Counted from the stretch's first letter, positions 52,592 through 62,026 are shown. The stretch: 64,000 nt of DNA from Nibricoccus sp. (GCA_047602425.1 JASGHG010000001.1:4512001-4576000); one strand, 5' to 3'. The notes: generated from the letters alone by a model not told the origin. Translations and numbers: made by a program.

Positions 52592-54391
52592 ATGGAAGAA
52601 CTCCTGACCAGAAATTTTTGTATCATTGCCCACGTCGATCATGGCAAGACGACGCTTTCCGACCGGCTGCTCGAATACACGAACACCGTCGAACAGCGCG
52701 TGCTCACCGACCAGCACCTCGACGCGATGGATCTGGAAAAGGAACGCGGCATCACGATCAAAAGTCATCCCGTAACCATGACGTACACGGCCAAAAACGG
52801 CCGGAAGTACAAACTCAACCTCATGGACACGCCGGGACACGTGGATTTTTCCTACGAGGTTTCTCGCAGCCTCGCCGCGTGCGAAGGCGCTGTTCTTCTC
52901 ATCGACGCGGGGCAGGGTGTGGAAGCGCAGACCGTGGCCAATTACCACCTCGCTGTCTCGCAGCACCTGAAAATCATTCCGGTCATCAACAAGATCGATC
53001 TGCCTGCCGCCAATCTCGAACTCTGTCTCAAGCAGATGGAGGACATTTTGACGATTCCGCACGACGAGGCCATCCTCGCCAGCGGTAAATCCGGCATCGG
53101 CATCGAAGATATTCTCGAAGCCGTCGTGGCCCGTATTCCGCCGCCGCGTTGGCGCGATTACCCGCAAACCCGCACCTTGGTCTTCGATTCGCTCTACGAT
53201 TCCTACCGCGGCGTGATTACCTACGCGCGTGTGTTTTCTGGCGCAGTGAAAGCCGGCGACATGATGCTCCTGATGAGCAACGGACAAAAATCCGAAGTTA
53301 AGGAAGTCGGCGTTTTCACGCCGAAAATGCAGAAGGTCGATGTCCTCGGCGAAGGCGATGTCGGCTATGTCGTTTCCAACATCAAGGATCCTTCCGAGAT
53401 CAAGATTGGCGACACTCTCACGCTCGCGCGCCAGCCCGCTGCCGAGATGCTTCCGGGTTACAAGGAAGTCCGCCCCATGGTTTTCTGCGGACTCTATCCT
53501 CTCGAATCCTCCGACTACGAAAAGCTCAAGGCCGCCCTCGGACGCTTGCGCCTCAACGACTCGGCTTTCTTGTATCAGTCTGAAAGTTCGGTCGCGCTTG
53601 GCTTCGGTTTTCGCTGCGGCTTCCTCGGCCTGCTCCACATGGAAATCATCCAGGAACGCATCCGCCGCGAGCACGACGTCGAAATCATCTCCACGTACCC
53701 GAGCGTCGTTTATAAGGTTAAAATCCAAGGCGGTACCGAACACTTCGAAGTCGACAATCCGATCAATTTGCCCGATCCCGGTACGATCCTCGAAATCTGC
53801 GAGCCGACGATCAACGCCTCCATCCACATCCCCAACGATTCGATGGGCGACATCCTTGCGTTGATCATGGAAAAACGCGGCGTCTGCGAGCACACCGATA
53901 CGCTCGACGCCACGCGCGTCATGATGCGCTGCGTGCTTCCGCTCAACGAGATTCTCGTCGATTTCAACGACCGTCTGAAATCCATCACGCACGGCTACGG
54001 CTCGATGGATTACGAACTCGGCGAATATCGTCCCTCGGACCTGGTGAAAATGGACATCCTCATCAATGGCGATCCCGTCGACGCTTTCGCCAGCATTGTC
54101 CATCGCGAAAAAGCCGAAGGCAAAGGCCGCGAACTTTGCGAAAAGCTGGCCGATATTATCCCGCCACAGATGTTCAAAGTTGCAATTCAAGCTGCGATCG
54201 GCGGCAAAGTCATCGCCCGCGACAACGTCCGCGAAATGCGAAAAGACGTGACCGCGAAGTGCTATGGCGGCGACATTTCCCGCAAGCGCAAACTTCTCGA
54301 CAAGCAGAAGGAAGGCAAAAAGAAGATGAAGCTGATCGGAAAAGTTTCGATTCCGCCCGACGCTTTCATCAAGGTGCTGAAGAACAACTAA
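52592..54391 (+). CDS. lepA: Elongation factor 4
   Basis: RNFCIIAHVDHGKTT, DTPGHVDF, GFRCGFLGLLHM, KCYGGDISRKRKLL. Confidence 0.97.
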   Translation: MEELLTRNFCIIAHVDHGKTTLSDRLLEYTNTVEQRVLTDQHLDAMDLEKERGITIKSHPVTMTYTAKNGRKYKLNLMDTPGHVDFSYEVSRSLAACEGAVLLIDAGQGVEAQTVANYHLAVSQHLKIIPVINKIDLPAANLELCLKQMEDILTIPHDEAILASGKSGIGIEDILEAVVARIPPPRWRDYPQTRTLVFDSLYDSYRGVITYARVFSGAVKAGDMMLLMSNGQKSEVKEVGVFTPKMQKVDVLGEGDVGYVVSNIKDPSEIKIGDTLTLARQPAAEMLPGYKEVRPMVFCGLYPLESSDYEKLKAALGRLRLNDSAFLYQSESSVALGFGFRCGFLGLLHMEIIQERIRREHDVEIISTYPSVVYKVKIQGGTEHFEVDNPINLPDPGTILEICEPTINASIHIPNDSMGDILALIMEKRGVCEHTDTLDATRVMMRCVLPLNEILVDFNDRLKSITHGYGSMDYELGEYRPSDLVKMDILINGDPVDAFASIVHREKAEGKGRELCEKLADIIPPQMFKVAIQAAIGGKVIARDNVREMRKDVTAKCYGGDISRKRKLLDKQKEGKKKMKLIGKVSIPPDAFIKVLKNN

Positions 54392-54416
54392 CCACGACCT
54401 CGACCCCGGAAACACC

Positions 54417-55700
54417 TTGGCTAGCCAACCACAACAAAGTACCAAAGCGCGTCTGTTTGTCGGTTGGCTCACGTCGATGTTTTCCGTCGAGGGCAAGATG
54501 CGCGCCAACGCCAAAAACTGGCTGGAACTCGCTGAGAAGGTTTACCACTACCGCCGCGACGTTATCTCCCAAGTGCTCGCCGCCGAACTCCAGTCGCAGA
54601 TCGCGAACCTGCGAAAGATGCTCAAGGAGCGCACCAATGCGGCGAAGTTGAAACTCGGCATCGAGGAGCTTGAAGGCGTGATGCGTCGCACGGGCGGAAA
54701 AGTTTACCCCAAGTCGACGGTTCAGGAATATGTGGAATTTTTCCTTGTGGCTGCAATCGTGGTGCTCGGTATCCGCACATATTTTGTGCAGCCGTTTAAA
54801 ATCCCGACGAACTCGATGTGGCCGACTTACAACGGCATGACGCCACAAGTGTACAAAGATCCGTCGCAAGCTCCGGGGGTCGCGGCGCAAGCCTTGCGGT
54901 TCGTCGCCTTTGGCGCGCAATACAAACAGCTCGTCGCGCCGGAATCCGGCAAAATCACGATTCAGGTCCGGCCCAATTATAATGGCCTCCTTTACTATCA
55001 ATTGAAGCCCGGTCGCAAATGGGGTTTATTCTCAACGCTGGTGAGAGAATACCTGTTTTATGTCGGCGATGAAGCCGTTCGCCTTCAAGTCCCTGAGGAT
55101 TTCGATTTTGATACGGCTCTCCGCGAAGCGTTTGGAGTTTCAAATCGAGAGCTCGACCAGCTTGCGCGGAAATCCCAGCGCGGAGACTATGATTTTCGGT
55201 GGGTGACACTAGATCGTGAAGTGCAGAAAGGGCAGGTGTTCCTGAGTTTTGATATTATGACCGGGGATCAGCTTTTCGTTGATCGACTGAGTTATCACTT
55301 CGTATCGCCAAAGCCGGGCGACGGTTTTGTGTTTAGGACCGGACGTATTTCAGGAATCGGCGCGGATCAGTACTACATCAAACGTCTGGTGGGCGTGCCC
55401 GGCGACCAGCTGGAGATTCGCGAACCCGTTTTATATAGAAACGGACAACCGATTACCGGCGCGGAAGCTTTTCAAAAAAATGGACGGCGCGAAGGAAAGT
55501 ACGCCGGTTATTTTAATATTGGCCTTTTGGAGTCGGGCAGTGTGGTGACGGTTCCCAAAGATGGTTATTTCGCGCTCGGCGATAACTCGGGAAACAGCAA
55601 AGACAGCCGCTACTGGGGTTTTGTCCCGCGAAAGGACGTCGTAGGCCGACCCCTGTTTATCTACTATCCTTTCACAAACCACTGGGGCTTGGCGCCTTGA
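54417..55700 (+). CDS. lepB: Signal peptidase I
   Basis: PFKIPTNSMWPT (Ser), YIKRLVG (Lys), GDNSGNSKDSRYWG. Start TTG 54417 or ATG 54477. Confidence 0.92.
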   Translation: MASQPQQSTKARLFVGWLTSMFSVEGKMRANAKNWLELAEKVYHYRRDVISQVLAAELQSQIANLRKMLKERTNAAKLKLGIEELEGVMRRTGGKVYPKSTVQEYVEFFLVAAIVVLGIRTYFVQPFKIPTNSMWPTYNGMTPQVYKDPSQAPGVAAQALRFVAFGAQYKQLVAPESGKITIQVRPNYNGLLYYQLKPGRKWGLFSTLVREYLFYVGDEAVRLQVPEDFDFDTALREAFGVSNRELDQLARKSQRGDYDFRWVTLDREVQKGQVFLSFDIMTGDQLFVDRLSYHFVSPKPGDGFVFRTGRISGIGADQYYIKRLVGVPGDQLEIREPVLYRNGQPITGAEAFQKNGRREGKYAGYFNIGLLESGSVVTVPKDGYFALGDNSGNSKDSRYWGFVPRKDVVGRPLFIYYPFTNHWGLAP

Positions 55701-55731
55701 TGCCTGAGATTCGGCCGCCCAGCTGAAGGTT

Positions 55732-56616
55732 TTACCAGTAGAAGAAATTCAATTTGGGATCCAAATAGTCTTGCGTGGGCATTTTCAGCGTTGTCCGCCA
55801 GACCGTCGCGTAACGCGACCAAGGGCCTCGAATTTCACCATCGAAAATAGGATGCCATTCGGGCGCGGGCTTGGTGGGCCCTTCGGCGACGCGATCAAGA
55901 AACTCCTGATGTCCCTCGGGACTCGCAAAGTAAAGACAGCGCCGCTCAAGGTGATCGTTGATGGCCTTGGTACGCCCACAGATCTTGTGGTAGGTCACGA
56001 TAAACTCGTTGCGGGCCAGTTCCACAATCGCGCGGGTCGTGGCCCCGGCAATGGTTTGTCCCGCTGCGTACCCATAGCTGACGTGGCCCGATTTGGACTT
56101 CCGATAGACAATGACCACTTCGCCAAAGTCGGCGGGGTGGTGAAGCCTAAGAACTTCTATGCCGGGCAGAGCGGAATTGGTCGGCGAAGCATCGATATGG
56201 CCCGCCCACCAAGCCACGACTGACAGCTGCTCAAGAGCTTCCATGTGAGCTCTCCGCCTCGCCTGAATCTTAAAAAACCCTGGAAACGCCGCCATTCCAT
56301 TCGAGGAACAGTCCTCTTTGAAACCGTAGCGCCCGGCATTGGGGCCGTCGTGTTCGGCATGAAAGGCCCAACGTTCGATGGCTTCGGAGACCGCCATATT
56401 GCGGGCGACCTTGGGTGATTCGCTCGATCCTGAGCCATCAGCCGGTGTTCCTTTAGCAAACTGGGGCTTGCGTGGTGCGAGCCCCGGTGCAAGAAAAGCA
56501 TCGGCTTGAAAAAGACTTTGGCCAAAGATCGATACCGGCGTGGAGACGATCCTCGCAATAGGCCCGCCCGAATCAGCGAGGGCGTGCCGATATTTCAACA
56601 CTGCGAGATCGATCAT
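55732..56616 (-). CDS. Short YcaO-like ATP-dependent peptide-backbone modifying enzyme
   Basis: YcaO ATP/Mg motifs in canonical order: GSG...A...AVSEAIERW, SSNGMAA...A....EALEQ, GYAAG...A..RAIVEL. Confidence 0.75.
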   Translation of the reverse strand: MIDLAVLKYRHALADSGGPIARIVSTPVSIFGQSLFQADAFLAPGLAPRKPQFAKGTPADGSGSSESPKVARNMAVSEAIERWAFHAEHDGPNAGRYGFKEDCSSNGMAAFPGFFKIQARRRAHMEALEQLSVVAWWAGHIDASPTNSALPGIEVLRLHHPADFGEVVIVYRKSKSGHVSYGYAAGQTIAGATTRAIVELARNEFIVTYHKICGRTKAINDHLERRCLYFASPEGHQEFLDRVAEGPTKPAPEWHPIFDGEIRGPWSRYATVWRTTLKMPTQDYLDPKLNFFYW

Positions 56617-56658
56617 GATTATAATATTAGGGGTATAAAAAATAGCTATATGGGCGCC

Positions 56659-56859
56659 TTAGAGACCTTCCCAAGGACCTTCATCGCCACCGTCTGGTGT
56701 AAGAAGACCTTCCCACGGACCCTCATCACCGCCATCGGGCATTGCAAAAACGACGGCCTTGGGCTCGCTCACGGAGTTGGTGACTTTGGCATTTGCGATT
56801 CCGACGAAAAGCAGCTGAGCTGCGAAGCTGACGAGGATGAAACGAGCTAAGTTTTTCAT
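56659..56859 (-). CDS. Putative RiPP/signalling precursor: Sec signal, spacer, and two PDGGDEGPWEGL cores
   Basis: MKNLAR + hydrophobic core + ANA cleavage site. Two identical 12-aa repeats differ only at 7 synonymous third positions. Lies 42 bp upstream of the YcaO-like gene on the same strand. Confidence 0.8.
   Translation of the reverse strand: MKNLARFILVSFAAQLLFVGIANAKVTNSVSEPKAVVFAMPDGGDEGPWEGLLTPDGGDEGPWEGL
56662..56739 (-). repeat. Tandem 36-nt coding repeat (42-nt period)
   Basis: CCCGATGGCGGTGATGAGGGTCCGTGGGAAGGTCTT (56739-56704) vs CCAGACGGTGGCGATGAAGGTCCTTGGGAAGGTCTC (56697-56662). Confidence 0.9.
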
Positions 56860-56909
56860 AACGTTACAATGTCTAGCTCATATTTTTCTCAGTTTAGAGC
56901 ATGTCGTTT

Positions 56910-56947
56910 ACCTAAAATGAGTATAGGTCCATACCTTCGGAAAGGTA
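56910..56947. promoter_or_regulatory. Candidate NarL/LuxR-type operator dyads
   Basis: ACCTA-N9-TAGGT (56910-56928) and TACCTT-CGGA-AAGGTA (56932-56947), 51-88 bp upstream of the precursor ATG. Confidence 0.3.
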
Positions 56948-59900
56948 CGATAAGGAGGCTTTTTCCGCATATTTTACAATGCGGGCTCCTCTTTTTTATA
57001 GTTTTTACCGTCGGCGTTACGAGGGGTGCCACCTCGTTTATAGATGAAGCACCACTCATTCGGAACTACTCGACGGATGAAATAGGTACCACGTCCAAGG
57101 TCTGGTGCTTGCAGGAGTCGCCCGAGGGTTTGCTGTACGCGGGCGCGGATCGCCTGTTGATTTATGACGGTGCCAGTTGGATTGCGGCTCCGCGCATGGA
57201 GAATTCAGCTGAAGTCAGGAGTATTTGTCTTCAGGGAAAGCGGATTTGGGCCGGAGGGAGCAACGAAGTAGGATACTACGAGAAAGATAGCAGCGGCGCG
57301 TATGTATATACGAGTATTACGTCACAGCTTCCCGATAAATTCTACGGTACTGTATTACATATCTATAATATGGATGACAGTATTGTATTGGTTACCAACC
57401 GCAAAGTGATACAGCTTTCTAAAAAATCAGGCGTCGCGGCCAAGGTATCTGACTTTCAAAACGATAACTATCTTCGTCCATTCACTTCGGACGGTGCGTT
57501 ATATATTAATCAGAAAGTTGGTGCTGAATCTAAGGTATGGGTGTTAAAAGATGGGGTGTTGGAGCTTGTTCCCGCCGTTTTGGGATCGGGAACCGGCACG
57601 GCATCGCTCCTAGGGAAGATCGATAAAAATTGGATTGTGGCCGTCGACTTCACGATCTTTTCCAAAAATATGGAATCAGGCGAGGAGCGGCGGATTTTCT
57701 CAGATCAAGGCGATCTGACCCGTGCGTGGATAACTGGAAACACAGTTTGCGACAACGACCATATTTATATTGGGACACGAGCAGGCGGCTATTTTGTCGT
57801 CGAACTCAATGGAAAGGTACAACAGATAACCAAGGCACAGGGACTTGCTTCAGATGGCTGCAATGCCATTTTGCCGAGTCGGGCTGGCGGTATTTGGGTG
57901 GCAACCGATGACGGGATAAGTTTTGTGCAAGATCGTTCCGGTGCGGGATGGATCCCTTTACCCAGTGAAGTCCGTTCAATACTGGCGGACAACGACGACG
58001 CTTATATTAGCTATGCACAATCCGCTCTGTTTTTATCTCCGGAGGGACGAACGGATCTTCCTGATCAGCTTCGAGCGTCATGGACACGCGTGAACGACAA
58101 CGTTTATGCCTTGGCGAGAGAAAAACTTTATAAAGCGCGAATCGGGACTGCGGACTTTAAGGAGATTCCTGGAGTGGATGGCATGCGTCTTCGCACCATC
58201 GTGGGTTTTGCAGGAGCGAGTGAATTTATCTACGGAGGAATGGCGACTTCTTCTGGCCAACGTGGATTAATGCGGTTGGATCTGAAGTCGGGCGAGGTGA
58301 CGACCTGTGAGGTGACCGATGGCATTAGCTATTATCTTCAGGATAAAATGGGGCGCCTGTGGTTTCGAACCGACCCGGGATCGATCATGATGATTGACGA
58401 TGCGTTGCGTCGCAGTTCCCTGCAAATGGCGAGTCGCAAGCGTTGCAAACTGACGCTTCACGAGGGGCAACCTTTGGCCCTGTTTGACGATTCCGGATTC
58501 ACCACGATGAAGGGGGAGAAAATCCGCAATACCGAGGGAGTTGCCGGCGCCTTGGGCACGGAATGCGTGGACGGTGCGGCTTGGGTTTTTGGACGTTTTG
58601 AAAATGCCCTCCGCGTAGGTGTGATCACGGGCGATGGCGAGGGGTTGGCGTGGAGGCAAAAAAACATTCCTGGCCTGAAACGATTCAAAAATCTGACTGC
58701 GATCTTCCGTTCTGGGGATGATTTGTGGCTAGGCGGCGACTCGGGAGTAATCCACGTCGATACGACCAAACTTTCCGGTCCGGACTTCACGCTGCCTGAG
58801 ATCGAAATCACCGTGAGAAATCCGAAGACGAAGGAACAACGTGTGCTGCCAGCGGGGTCGCGGACAATTCAGCTCACCAATTCGGAGCAGGAAATCTCCA
58901 TCCGTTTTAAAACGCATGTTTGGGGACTGTTGGAACCGCCGCAGTTTGAATCCCGGTTGTTGCCACTGGAGGATGAGTGGAAGCTGCATAAATACGGCGA
59001 AGATGTTACTCGCAGTTATGTTCCAACCGGTCAGCACACCCTGCAGCTACGCGTTCACCACCTCGGTGAAACCGGCCCGGTTACAGCATTCCAAGTGGTG
59101 CGTCCGCTGCCGTGGTATTTTTCGTATACCGGTATCACGCTGTTCGGTCTCACGGGCTGTATATTGTTTTATGGTGCGGTGAAGCTGCGTACCCGCCAGA
59201 TCAGTGCACGCAATCGCGAATTGGAGCTGAAGATTGCGGAGCGCACTCAGGAACTGGCCCGGGCCAATTCCGCCAAATCGGAGTTCCTTGCAGCAATGAG
59301 CCACGAGATTCGCAACCCGATGAACGGCGTCATTGGCATCGTGAAGATTCTTCAGGAGGCTAAGCTTGGGTCGCGCGAAAAATATTATCTCACCACACTG
59401 CATCGCTGCGCGGAACAATTGCGCACGACGGTCGACGACGTCCTCGATTTCTCAAAGATCGAAGCCGGAAAAATCACGTTGCATCCCGACACGTTTGATC
59501 TTTCGGAGAGCATCAACGCGACCATAACGTCCCTCGATCTTGCCGGTGACCGCCTCGAACTTGCCTCTTGGGCCGGACCTCGCCCAATCGTCACGGGCGA
59601 CCACGGAAAATTCTGTCAGATCCTCACCAACTATTTCAGCAATGCACTTAAATACGGTGTTCCGCCCGCGGCGTCGATTGATGTGTATGTATTGAACGAG
59701 GGACTACAGCGGTGTCGGGTCACGGTCGCGGTGAAAAACACCGGCCCCGACATACCGCCGCACGAGCAGGCCACGCTTTTCGAAACCTTTACCCGCGGCG
59801 AATACGCCAAACGCGGCCGAATCGGCGGAAGCGGACTCGGTCTTTCCATCTGCAAAAAGTTCGCCGAAACCATGGGAGGCAGCGTCGGCGTGACGAGTTC

Positions 59901-60759
59901 AAGCGGGCTGACCGTTTTCCAAGTCACGATACCCTTTGAGATCGCGCAAGTTCACCGCCGCGACGACGCCAACGGCGGGACAACGCGCAGCTTGAATGCG
60001 CGCGCCCTCGCCATCGAAGATGAAGACTACAATCGGCTCGTGTTGGGCAATATTCTCGCGAAATTGGGTTACAAAGTTGATTGGGCATGCGATGGAAAAA
60101 CCGCCCTGCAACTTGCCCAGCAAAACGGCTACGATCTGATCCTCACCGATCTCATGCTGCCCGACACCGACGGTGGCACACTTACACGTGAGATCCTTCA
60201 ACATTGTGAAGAGCCAAAGCCGCCCATTTTTGCCGTCACCGCTTATTCAACCAAGGAAAAGGAGGACGAGTGCACCCAGGCTGGCATGGCAGGCTTCATC
60301 AGCAAACCGATCACGGTGGAAAAATTGGAAGCAGCAATCCAAGGCTGGGCGTCGCAGCATCGCACCTCGGCAAAACCGTTCGTCGAACCGGCCGCTCCCA
60401 CCGCGAATATCACAGTGACGCAACTCGGCCGGCTCGGACCGCTCGAGGTCATTTTGCCCGACTTCATGCGCAAAATCGAAAACGAGTGGGCGGGCATTGA
60501 TCGCATGCTGGAGGATCGCGAGTGTACTCCGGCGGCCAATGCGGCGCACAAACTTGTCAGCGCGATGTTGCTGGTGGAAGCCGATGTATTGAGCGATCAA
60601 CTACGCTTGCTCGAACGCCGGTTGCGCGATGGCGCCTTGGAGAGCGAAATTGAAAAAGTGCGCTCCATCTGCCGGGAGGAAGTGGCCAACGTCGGACAGG
60701 CCCTGAAGGCGGCGCTCGCCCGCCATCAACGTTTCAACGCAGATCGTCCACAGACGTGA
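56917..60759 (+). CDS. Hybrid sensor kinase: signal/TM, beta-propeller and Y_Y_Y-like ectodomain, TM, HisKA, HATPase, REC, Hpt-like
   Basis: Propeller repeats (GLLYAG, RIWAGG, GGIWVATDDGI, DLWLGG), MSHEIRNPMNG, NALKY, GGSGLGL, REC EDE..DLMLP..KP, AAHKL. ORF open from 56869; exact start uncertain. Confidence 0.9.
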   Translation: MSIGPYLRKGTIRRLFPHILQCGLLFFIVFTVGVTRGATSFIDEAPLIRNYSTDEIGTTSKVWCLQESPEGLLYAGADRLLIYDGASWIAAPRMENSAEVRSICLQGKRIWAGGSNEVGYYEKDSSGAYVYTSITSQLPDKFYGTVLHIYNMDDSIVLVTNRKVIQLSKKSGVAAKVSDFQNDNYLRPFTSDGALYINQKVGAESKVWVLKDGVLELVPAVLGSGTGTASLLGKIDKNWIVAVDFTIFSKNMESGEERRIFSDQGDLTRAWITGNTVCDNDHIYIGTRAGGYFVVELNGKVQQITKAQGLASDGCNAILPSRAGGIWVATDDGISFVQDRSGAGWIPLPSEVRSILADNDDAYISYAQSALFLSPEGRTDLPDQLRASWTRVNDNVYALAREKLYKARIGTADFKEIPGVDGMRLRTIVGFAGASEFIYGGMATSSGQRGLMRLDLKSGEVTTCEVTDGISYYLQDKMGRLWFRTDPGSIMMIDDALRRSSLQMASRKRCKLTLHEGQPLALFDDSGFTTMKGEKIRNTEGVAGALGTECVDGAAWVFGRFENALRVGVITGDGEGLAWRQKNIPGLKRFKNLTAIFRSGDDLWLGGDSGVIHVDTTKLSGPDFTLPEIEITVRNPKTKEQRVLPAGSRTIQLTNSEQEISIRFKTHVWGLLEPPQFESRLLPLEDEWKLHKYGEDVTRSYVPTGQHTLQLRVHHLGETGPVTAFQVVRPLPWYFSYTGITLFGLTGCILFYGAVKLRTRQISARNRELELKIAERTQELARANSAKSEFLAAMSHEIRNPMNGVIGIVKILQEAKLGSREKYYLTTLHRCAEQLRTTVDDVLDFSKIEAGKITLHPDTFDLSESINATITSLDLAGDRLELASWAGPRPIVTGDHGKFCQILTNYFSNALKYGVPPAASIDVYVLNEGLQRCRVTVAVKNTGPDIPPHEQATLFETFTRGEYAKRGRIGGSGLGLSICKKFAETMGGSVGVTSSSGLTVFQVTIPFEIAQVHRRDDANGGTTRSLNARALAIEDEDYNRLVLGNILAKLGYKVDWACDGKTALQLAQQNGYDLILTDLMLPDTDGGTLTREILQHCEEPKPPIFAVTAYSTKEKEDECTQAGMAGFISKPITVEKLEAAIQGWASQHRTSAKPFVEPAAPTANITVTQLGRLGPLEVILPDFMRKIENEWAGIDRMLEDRECTPAANAAHKLVSAMLLVEADVLSDQLRLLERRLRDGALESEIEKVRSICREEVANVGQALKAALARHQRFNADRPQT

Positions 60760-61378
60760 AGCCGCGTTTGAGCGCGTAGGATTGAAGCTGAAGCGCGCTG
60801 TGCAGACCGAGTTTCCGCATGATATTGCGGCGATGGGTTTGCACGGTGTCCGGGCTGAGCGCGAGAAGGGGAGCGGCTTCCTCATTGCTGAGTCCTTGTC
60901 CGAGCAATTCGAGGACGCCCTGTTCTTTGTCAGTAAGGATTTTGTTGAAGCTTTCGGGGTTGTGGCCCATCTGCCGCCGCAATTGCTGAACGGTGAAACC
61001 GAAATAACAGCCGCCCTGCATCACGGTGTCGATTGCACCGACCAGCGCGTCGGAAGAATCGTCCTTGTGAACGTAACCGTCGGCGCCCGATTGCAGCGCT
61101 TTATATAAAAGATAGTCCTCTTTTACGGAGGAGAGGAGGATGACTTTAGTCTCAGGAAGTAGTTCGTTAAATTTTCCGGCAAGCGTGATGCCATCTTCGC
61201 CCGGAAGCTGAATATCGAGAAGAATCAGGTCTATGCGGCCCAGTGTGGGCATCGCTTCGATGAAGGCTGCGCCCGAACCGTAACCTCCCACGACGGTCAC
61301 GTTTTCCTTGGCCTGAATCATGACCGTCAGGGCCGTCCGGAACATCACTTGGTCTTCAATGATGGCAATGCGCGGCAT
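60734..61378 (-). CDS. NarL/FixJ-family response regulator (REC + LuxR HTH)
   Basis: IIEDQ, LLDIQLPG, GYVHK, LTDKEQGVLELLGQGLSNEE...TVQTHRRNIMRKLG. Convergent with the kinase, 26-bp overlap. Confidence 0.93.
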   Translation of the reverse strand: MPRIAIIEDQVMFRTALTVMIQAKENVTVVGGYGSGAAFIEAMPTLGRIDLILLDIQLPGEDGITLAGKFNELLPETKVILLSSVKEDYLLYKALQSGADGYVHKDDSSDALVGAIDTVMQGGCYFGFTVQQLRRQMGHNPESFNKILTDKEQGVLELLGQGLSNEEAAPLLALSPDTVQTHRRNIMRKLGLHSALQLQSYALKRGFTSVDDLR

Positions 61379-61552
61379 AGGGGTGGTATTTGTTTTTTAA
61401 CTGATGACGTTCTGCAAATGTTTAGCGGTTCTGCTCCCGAAATCAATGATGGTGATGCGAACGGGAAGAACAAGGCGCATTTGAGGTTTTTCGGAAGCGC
61501 GGCGCATTTAAACGCATTGCACAAAGACGATGGCCTGCCCAAGTTGGTTGCG

Positions 61553-62026
61553 GTGGGTTACGAAAAACATCTTTTGATTGATGGTTCCAACATCCTGCAT
61601 GCCTGGCCGGAGTTGCGTCTGCTTTTACGGCGGGAACGCGACGTGGCGCGGGAGAAATTGCTGCAGATTGTCCGCATTCTTCATGATGCGGAACAGGTGC
61701 GGCTAACGGTGGTTTTTGACGGACGTGGCAGCGAACTGGTCGTCGAGCATCCGGGTGATGCGACGACTTTTTCCCTGGTGTTCACACCAACCGGAATGAC
61801 GGCCGACGACGCCATTGAGCAACTGGTCGGAAAAGCCGCGGACGCTGCGGTGTGCCTGGTGGCAACCGATGATTGTGCAGAGCGGCAGACGATTGAGGCC
61901 GTGGGCGCCACTGGGCTATCCGCCGAGGAATTGCGGGCGTGGGTAACGCGAACTGAACAACATCAGCAAACGCAGCTTGCCAGCCAGCGGCGGAAGAACG
62001 AAACCATTTGGAAGAACAAAATATGA
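61553..62026 (+). CDS. YacP-like NYN-domain (PIN-fold) protein
   Basis: LLIDGSNI, VVFDG, TADDAIE, VATDD. Start placed at GTG 61553. Confidence 0.8.
   Translation: MGYEKHLLIDGSNILHAWPELRLLLRRERDVAREKLLQIVRILHDAEQVRLTVVFDGRGSELVVEHPGDATTFSLVFTPTGMTADDAIEQLVGKAADAAVCLVATDDCAERQTIEAVGATGLSAEELRAWVTRTEQHQQTQLASQRRKNETIWKNKI

Noticed and set aside
54417..55700. Signal peptidase lepB as a dedicated member of the peptide cluster
   Set aside because: It is in the conserved lepA-lepB arrangement and convergent with the YcaO gene. It may process the precursor, but adjacency is not evidence of dedication.
61349..61552. N-terminal extension of the YacP-like ORF
   Set aside because: It overlaps the divergent regulator start, and family similarity begins only near GTG 61553.
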